A stretch of DNA of 64,000 bases from Octopus vulgaris (taxonomy: Eukaryota). The position numbers were made by a program, and so were the translations under genes. Every line of letters begins with the position of its first letter. Positions within the stretch are counted from its first letter, which is position 1. Positions 57,075-64,000 of the stretch are shown here, one piece after another. Location: the NCBI GenBank assembly GCA_951406725.2, contig OX597832.1, forward strand, positions 33,108,001 through 33,172,000, read 5' to 3'. The notes under the pieces are model-generated. The model did not search any database and had not been told where the DNA came from. It worked only from the letters and a program-made list of their open reading frames with translations.

Positions 57075-57702
57075 ATAAACGTACGTATTTATTGTCAGGT
57101 GTTTATATTGAAATTACCATAATATTACAAGTTTTTGTCAATATTAATCACTGTTTTTCAAAATTAATATCATTATTATCCAGTTCCACAACATTCTAAG
57201 TGATTCTTTTTATCTCTTAGTCGATATCCGGAAACAAAAACTATTTGGTATATATTTATTTTGCAATAAAAAAAAACGGGGAAACTTATATGGCAGACCA
57301 TATAAATATTGGATTTTTGTTATATTTGTTCTTTTTATTTTTTTATTTTGTGTAAGTGACTGAGTCATTAAAAGAGCAGCAGCATCTATGGCAAGTTTTC
57401 GCTCTAAATCGTGCGCGCGTGCGCGCGTACATTTGCTTTCGAACCTGCAAAGGAAAACATACGTATACAGATAGACGGTTTCCAAGATAAATTCGAATTT
57501 CTATTTTTTTTTCACTTAATTGAACAAACATAGGTCATGATTCTTCTCAAGAATACACTCATGCTCAGCGGCGAAAAATAGAATTTGAACACAAAGCAAA
57601 TATCTGCCTACATCGGCACAAAATGGTAGAAAAACCATTGTGCAAAGCTTTTTCTAGTTTTCACTCGAGGGTAGGCAGTTCGAATGGACGTCACCCGCAT
57701 AC

Positions 57703-58220
57703 AAGCGCAGGCGTAGCTATAAGTGATAAGAAGTTTCGTTCCTATACACATGGTTCCGGGTTCAGTCCCACTGCGTGTTAGTTGTCTACCACTGCATGCT
57801 CGGATCGAAAAAAACTTGTGATTAGAATTGGTGGACGGAAACTGAAAGAAGCCCGGCGAATATGTGTATATATGTGTGTGTGTTTTTCTGTCTGTGGTGT
57901 GTCCTCCACTAGCGCTTGGTGTGTCTACGTCCCCCATAAAGCAGTGATCGGCAAAAGTGATTGATAAGTACCCGGCTAAACAAAACTAACCACTGGGGTG
58001 GACTCGTTAGACTAAAATTCTTTAAGACCGTATACAGAGTGGATGACATTCCAAAGGCTGGAGCAGTTTCAATGGAAAACCATATTCGCCGGACATTGAC
58101 CCATCTGATTATCATTTATTCTGCAGTTTTCAAAATTATTTGGACGGAAAAAATTTCTTTATGGCGGGATCTCAGTATCGACGCAGTATAATGATTGAAA
58201 CAAGTAAAAGCGCAGAAAAG
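57703..58220 (+). mobile_element. SINE family B, full length, with an ~120-bp internal insertion
   Basis: aagcgcaggcgtagct head, B-box-like gggttcagtccc (57758-57769), gacggaaactgaaagaagcccg, central (TG)n, and tail aatgattgaaacaagtaaaag. Confidence 0.85.
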
Positions 58221-58971
58221 AAAGTGGGTCCCAATGGTGGCAACAGAGAGGATTCGGCAACGCATACCAAGATACGCCGATATAGAGTAATTGTGTGTGT
58301 GTGGGTGGGGTGGGGGGCTCTCTACTACCGGTTAACAAGAATAAAGACTACTTTCCGTACATTAAGCCAAATGGATTTTAATAAACTAAATTCATTTGCA
58401 CTGTGGGTGTCACTAAAACACTTACTTAATGTTCCCTAAAGTCGAGTCGAATCACATATCCTGTAGTTCGACATAAACCACAGGACAAAAGATATTTTTC
58501 ACAAAATCTAGTTTAGAAATTTATATGGAAAAACATATATACATCTTGTTACAATTTCTTTATCTCATTCAGATGTAATACATGTTTAAATATTTGTCTT
58601 TAATAACCAAGATGTTGTTATAGTAGTGCTGCTGCTGCTGCTGTTGTTGTTGTTGTTGTTGCTGTTGTTGTTCTTCTTTTTCTTCTTCTTCTTCTTATTA
58701 TTATTGTCACTATTATTATATGAAAAGAAGCGCCAGCCATGGGTGTTCATTTCCTTATTGCTAATCCGTATACAGGGAGAGAGTACAATTTGTTGTTTAT
58801 GGTATTTTATAGTAAGGAGCTTAATTTCTCAAAGGCATTTTCTTGAAATATTTTAAGCCATCCAATATCTGATTCTGAACAGTTAACTGCTGTTTGCATG
58901 TCACTGAATGGCGTTATGTAATGGACATAGATATATTGAGAAATATGTGTACATATATAAAATATATACTT

Positions 58972-59017
<46 letters not shown>

Positions 59018-59030
59018 CAAACACACACAT

Positions 59031-59063
<33 letters not shown>

Positions 59064-59594
59064 GAGAGAGAGAAGGAGAGAGATAGAGAGATACATAGAT
59101 ATGTTTGTATACGTACATATCTGGGTGGCTGCTTTCTTTCGAGGTGCGTAAGCGTCTTTGCAGATAATGCCTATGCTTTTCCAGTAGGAGTCGTAAAAGT
59201 AGTCTTCTCGTAGACATTACTAATTTTAGATAACTCTAAATGGAAAATTTATTAAACTACAACAGATTTATTGCAGGTAAAGTAAAACGAAATACAATAA
59301 AAGCCATTACTGAACGTTGGAATACACTCGGAAGAATTCGGGGACAAGATAGCAGATCCCGAAATAAAATAGAGATTAAAATTTTCAAGCCTCTAGCTTT
59401 GTTTAACTTGCAGTTACGAAGAAAATAACCCATGCACGCATGAGTAAATACACAAGCTCATATCTATATAGACGCTAATGTACACACTAGCATGCATAAT
59501 AAGATAGCAGCTCGTGCTGATGTAATTTGCACGCGTATACATAAGCGTACAAGCAGTGGGATATACGCAGTCATTCGTAGATACATGTATATAC

Positions 59595-59910
59595 ACACAT
59601 AGATATATGCGCACATTTATAGACATGTCTTTATTTGCATATGACCTTGCGCCTATTAGAAAACATATATGTACGTGTACACGTACACACTCACTCGTAC
59701 ACTGACTCACATACACACTGTCACACACACACACACCACTGGCACGGACACAGACATATACATATAAGTAGATGCACACATTTATAGACATGTCTTTCTT
59801 TGCATATGAGCGTGGGTATGTCTCTGCATGCGCCTATGAGAAAATATATATGTGCGTGAACACGTACACAGTCATTCGTACATTCACTCACATACACAGT
59901 CAAATACACA
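59595..59910. repeat. ~170-bp diverged tandem duplication
   Basis: cacatttatagacatgtcttt(a/c)tttgcatatga...tgcgcctat(t/g)agaaaa...acacgtacaca occurs near 59611 and 59777. Confidence 0.85.
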
Positions 59911-61104
59911 CATACACATATACATGCATATTCAAGAGTGCACATGTGGGCATATGACTATATGTATTTATGTATATAAATGTATATATATATATTTATG
60001 TATATATATATATACGTGTATATATATATACATACATTCATATATATACATATATTATACATATTCATACGTATATATATGTATCTATATGTATATATGT
60101 ATATGTATGTATATATATATATGTATATAGACATATATTTGTTTATATATGTATGTATATATATATATATATATATATGCATATATATCGAGCTGTTGGT
60201 AATTACAAATTACACAGAACTGCATTTATGTATCATAAAGTGTGTAAATCGCAGTTGAAATTCCTGGCTATAAATGTCATTAGAAAAACGGTTAAAGATC
60301 TTTATGTTTTCTCGATGATAGTAAATAACCACCTTTTTCCCATTCTCTGCTATCACAGCAAAGACAACAATTAATAAGATAGCTTTAAGTTTCACATTGA
60401 GATTCGTTAAGTCTTGAATTAAGTATACACAGACTCACAGACAGACAGGCAGCAGACAGACATCCTCCAAACACCCGCAATCTTGCATACGCTCACACAC
60501 TTTCACATACAAATATACAAAAAAAGGCATAAAAAATAACGGTTAATAATTTTTGTTTACTTTGCTTCATTTTTCTTTTTCTCCTTCTAATGCCTTTTAT
60601 TCCTTTTCTTTTACGTTCTTTTTTTACTTGACATTCTTTCCTTTATTATCTTTATGCATCTAGCATGTCTTCTTATTCTCACTTCCTCCATTTGGATTTT
60701 CTTTTCCGTCTTTTGCTCCTTTCTCTTTCTTCATTCTCTCCCACATCGTCATTTTTTCTCCCCGTCTTTTCCTCATCCTTCCTCCGCTGCTTCATCCTTC
60801 ACCCGATCCCTCTTCTCCACCAACTTCTTTTCTTCTTCGATCTCTACTTCTTTATCTTTCTTTTATCACTGTCCCTCTTTCCCTTCCATCACCAACGCAA
60901 ATTCTGCCACGAAGTTGACTAACAAAAGATCACCTCAGGCGCGTTGCTTCGCGTGTTGAACTTATTCATTTCGTAAATAGTGCGGCTGACGACGGTTTAC
61001 GCGTAGATGCATTGGCCACCAGTTGGGCTTACCCTTTCACTCTGTCCTCTGATTTCAAGATGACATGTATAAGACCACATTCCTTATATCTTCCAATGGA
61101 AGAT

Positions 61105-61105
<1 letters not shown>

Positions 61106-61178
<73 letters not shown>

Positions 61179-61642
61179 GCTGTCGCAGATTATCCAATAT
61201 CATGAGGTTGTTGGTTGAAGATATTGAGTCAACCGGGGTTTTGTACTCTTTGTCAAGTAACAACCATAATTTTAGACAGATAATAGTTTTCTTAAGATGT
61301 GTGCTGTGCCCACTAAGGCTGCTTTTTGCAAGACATCCTTAAGAAGTCTTGAAGTTTTAATGGGATTGAGCCCAACGCTCTGATCACCACTTTTACATTA
61401 CCCTCTCACATTCCATACAATCTTACCATTCCCACTTTCAATTCGAAATACTTGGTGGTTTTTTTCAACCTCTTTATTCACAACATTCATGTCATTTGGT
61501 ATGGCTACATCAGTGATCTGACAGTATCTGTCTCTCTTATTCCACATGACAATATCCGGCGGACAGTGTTCGATTACAGGCTCCGTCTGAAAACCATAGT
61601 CCCAGAGTATCGTTACTTTTCCATCCTGCTGCTTAGCTTTAT
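61106..61642 (-). mobile_element. 5'-truncated R4/Dong-like non-LTR retrotransposon (restriction-like endonuclease domain) with (TAA)n tail
   Basis: KVTILWDYGFQTEPVIEHCPPDIVMWNKRDRYCQITDVAIPNDMNVVNKEVEK/TKYFEL...VLQKAALVGTAHILRKLLSV*, a PD..D..K-type RLE motif. Short 3' UTR, then (TAA)n at 61106-61177. Confidence 0.85.
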
Positions 61643-61647
61643 TACTA

Positions 61648-61690
<43 letters not shown>

Positions 61691-61759
61691 CACTACTACT
61701 ACTACGATTATTCTTGTTGTTGTTACTACTACTACTACTACGATTATTCTTGTTGTTGT

Positions 61760-61793
<34 letters not shown>

Positions 61794-61891
61794 GCTACTG
61801 CTGCTGCAGCTACTACTACTACTACTACTACTACTACTGCTGCTGCTGCTACTACTACTACTACTACTACTACGATTATTCTTGTTGTTGT

Positions 61892-61937
<46 letters not shown>

Positions 61938-61953
61938 GCTACTGCTGCTGCAG

Positions 61954-61992
<39 letters not shown>

Positions 61993-62035
61993 ATACTACT
62001 GCTGCTGCTGCTGCTGTTGCTGCTACTACTACTAC
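61642..62035. repeat. Compound (CTA)n/(CTG)n microsatellite with a higher-order unit
   Basis: The spacer ctacgattattcttgttgttgtta appears three times. Confidence 0.95.
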
Positions 62036-62212
62036 CAAGACGGCGAGTTGGCCGAATTCTTAGTATCGCAAGGCAAAATGCTTTGCAGCATTTCGTTCGT
62101 CCATACATTTTGAGTTCTCACACCACCGAAGTCGACTTTGTCTTTCCTGATTTCGTGTTTGATGAAATGAGTACCAGTTATGCACTTGGGTCAAGGTATT
62201 CGACTCTTAACT
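62036..62212 (+). mobile_element. SINE family A, 3' end cut by another repeat
   Basis: aagacggcgagttggccgaattcttag...gtcgactttgtctttc...gagtaccagttatgcacttgggtc. Confidence 0.8.
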
Positions 62213-62214
62213 GA

Positions 62215-62410
62215 TTGGAAGCGTTATCATGTACATCGTTTTGTCTTGATATAAAAGATGGGCTACAGCAAATATTCTGCTCAATACCACAGATTTGCTT
62301 GACAGTTGTTTGACCTTAACCAGTTGACCATGTCCCTTCGTGGCTGACGATATGTGCATCTCTGATCACGAGCAGAAGTAGTGGGGGAGCATCATAGCCA
62401 TGTGTTGAAA
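62215..62410 (+). repeat. Interspersed repeat, partner of 33380-33560
   Basis: ataaaagatgggctacagcaaatattctgctcaata...gcagaagtagtgggggagcatcatag. Confidence 0.85.
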
Positions 62411-64000
62411 CAGAAAAGCCAAATCAAATGGAATCTGAGAACGGTGAAATAGATGAAAAAGTGAGGCATAGCATGAATAATAGCCTATAAGGACCAGCGA
62501 TCCTGATGTAGATCGACATGTAACCCATCAATGGTTAGCAATATATTTGCTTACATTAGAAACAAAGGGCGCCATTGAAAAGTTATCTTATGAAAAGTTA
62601 TCTAAATAGACGGACGTTGAAACAGAGCGTTCATTAATGTGGCGTCAATGAATAACAAATGTTCCGGCGATCATCGGAGTTTAGCATACTTCAGCACGGT
62701 GACCAAATGCCAGGAAACCTCCAGAGTTTCAGAACTGCAAATGGTTGTTCTCATGCGTACAGCCTCCTTCATTGGAAAAATATTGTCAAATAGAAATCAG
62801 ATATTCTTAAAATAATCAAAACTTAAATATTACAAATTTACCAGAACATTAAAACGAAGTCGAATGTCGTCGTCATCATCATCATCATCGTCATCATCAT
62901 CATTTTCATCCTTATATTTAGAACCCTATTTTGCTTTACGTTGAACAAAATGGAAGAACCACAGATTCCTTCTGGAATGTGGCATCACGGATTTGTTGCA
63001 AAGATATTTTCAAGAAAATACCATACAACGGCAGCAATAGCAGGAATATAAATGGAAGATTTACAGAAATAATCGAATATATAAATAGAATTTGAAGATA
63101 TCATATAAATATATATATATACACACATATATGTGTATATGTGTGTACATATATATATATATACATATCTCTCATGTATGTATGCATGTAAGCATGCCTC
63201 TATGCTTGCAGAAACATATGGTTCATATACACACGCATGTGTATGTGTGTGTTTATGTGTGTGTGTTCGTGTGTGATATGATGTGACATTATAAAAACGT
63301 CAAGTTATTCGATGTGGAGGAAAAAAGGGGAATAAAAAATGTAGAGGAATATGAATTCAAAGAAGAGAAGTCTACAGTGAGATCAACGGCAAATACAGAC
63401 AGGTAATGCATAAACTGACGCACACACACACATACATAAATATATATATACACACACATACACACACAGCACCACGCCGCACATATGCATGTGTATAGAT
63501 ATGTGTATGTGTAAAGCGGAAGTAATAAAAACGTTTTACGTATATGTTACTTTGTGTGTGTGCGTATATATATATATATATATATATATATAACCCTGCG
63601 TGTGTATATATACATTTATAAGCATGTGTGTATACATATATATATTGTATATGTATGTGTATATATATGTATGTATATATATATGTATGTATATATATAT
63701 GTGAGTGAATGTGTGTGTATGTACATATGTATGAATATATATACATATGTTCATACACAGCCAGGGAGTTTAGTGGCATACAGAATATAAAAGACTATCA
63801 AAAAGAGGAAGAAAAAAAAGATGAAAATATATATTACAGAACTTAACGGAAGAAGTAATGCAAAAATTATTATAAATGGTAAAAATCGGAGGGAAAAATA
63901 AGCAAGAAGAAAGGACAAAAAATATATTACAAAATACCATTGGATACGTCTTTTTTGCCTTTTAATCCACAGAAAATCATTTTTATTTAATTCTCTTTGA

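Noticed and set aside
57265-57305. Isolated mariner-like TIR (aaacttatatggcagaccata-ta)
   Set aside because: No partner TIR or transposase sequence was found nearby; too short to call.
57703-57775. tRNA gene
   Set aside because: The A/B boxes belong to a SINE head continuous with the SINE body, and there is no full cloverleaf.
61700-61900. CRISPR-like repeat/spacer pattern
   Set aside because: The spacers are microsatellite, the context is eukaryotic and there are no cas genes.

Overview
Eukaryotic, AT-rich, essentially non-coding DNA (intronic or intergenic), dominated by microsatellites and decayed transposable elements. The SINE families and repeat landscape resemble what I recall of Octopus genomes; this is inference, not a database result. 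Nearly all ORFs in the supplied track are translated microsatellites. Supported by the sequence: about 25 whole or partial copies of three tRNA-headed SINE families (called A, B, C here); two mariner relics, one with a readable DD34D transposase; two 5'-truncated R4/Dong-like retrotransposon ends with (TAA)n tails; an RTE LINE fragment; Penelope-like relics; and a 1.6 kb (ATT)n array. The most notable items are (1) a minus-strand minimal type I hammerhead ribozyme with an intact catalytic core at about 19214-19293, plus several decayed relatives, (2) an adjacent near-perfect 178-bp inverted duplication whose arms lie 4.2 kb apart, (3) an exon-like Cys-rich segment with good splice signals but two in-frame stops, and (4) a candidate signal-peptide exon. 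No complete host gene, rRNA, tRNA gene or CRISPR array was seen, and I cannot claim a wholly new biological system. Boundaries of degenerate repeats were read by eye and are approximate.
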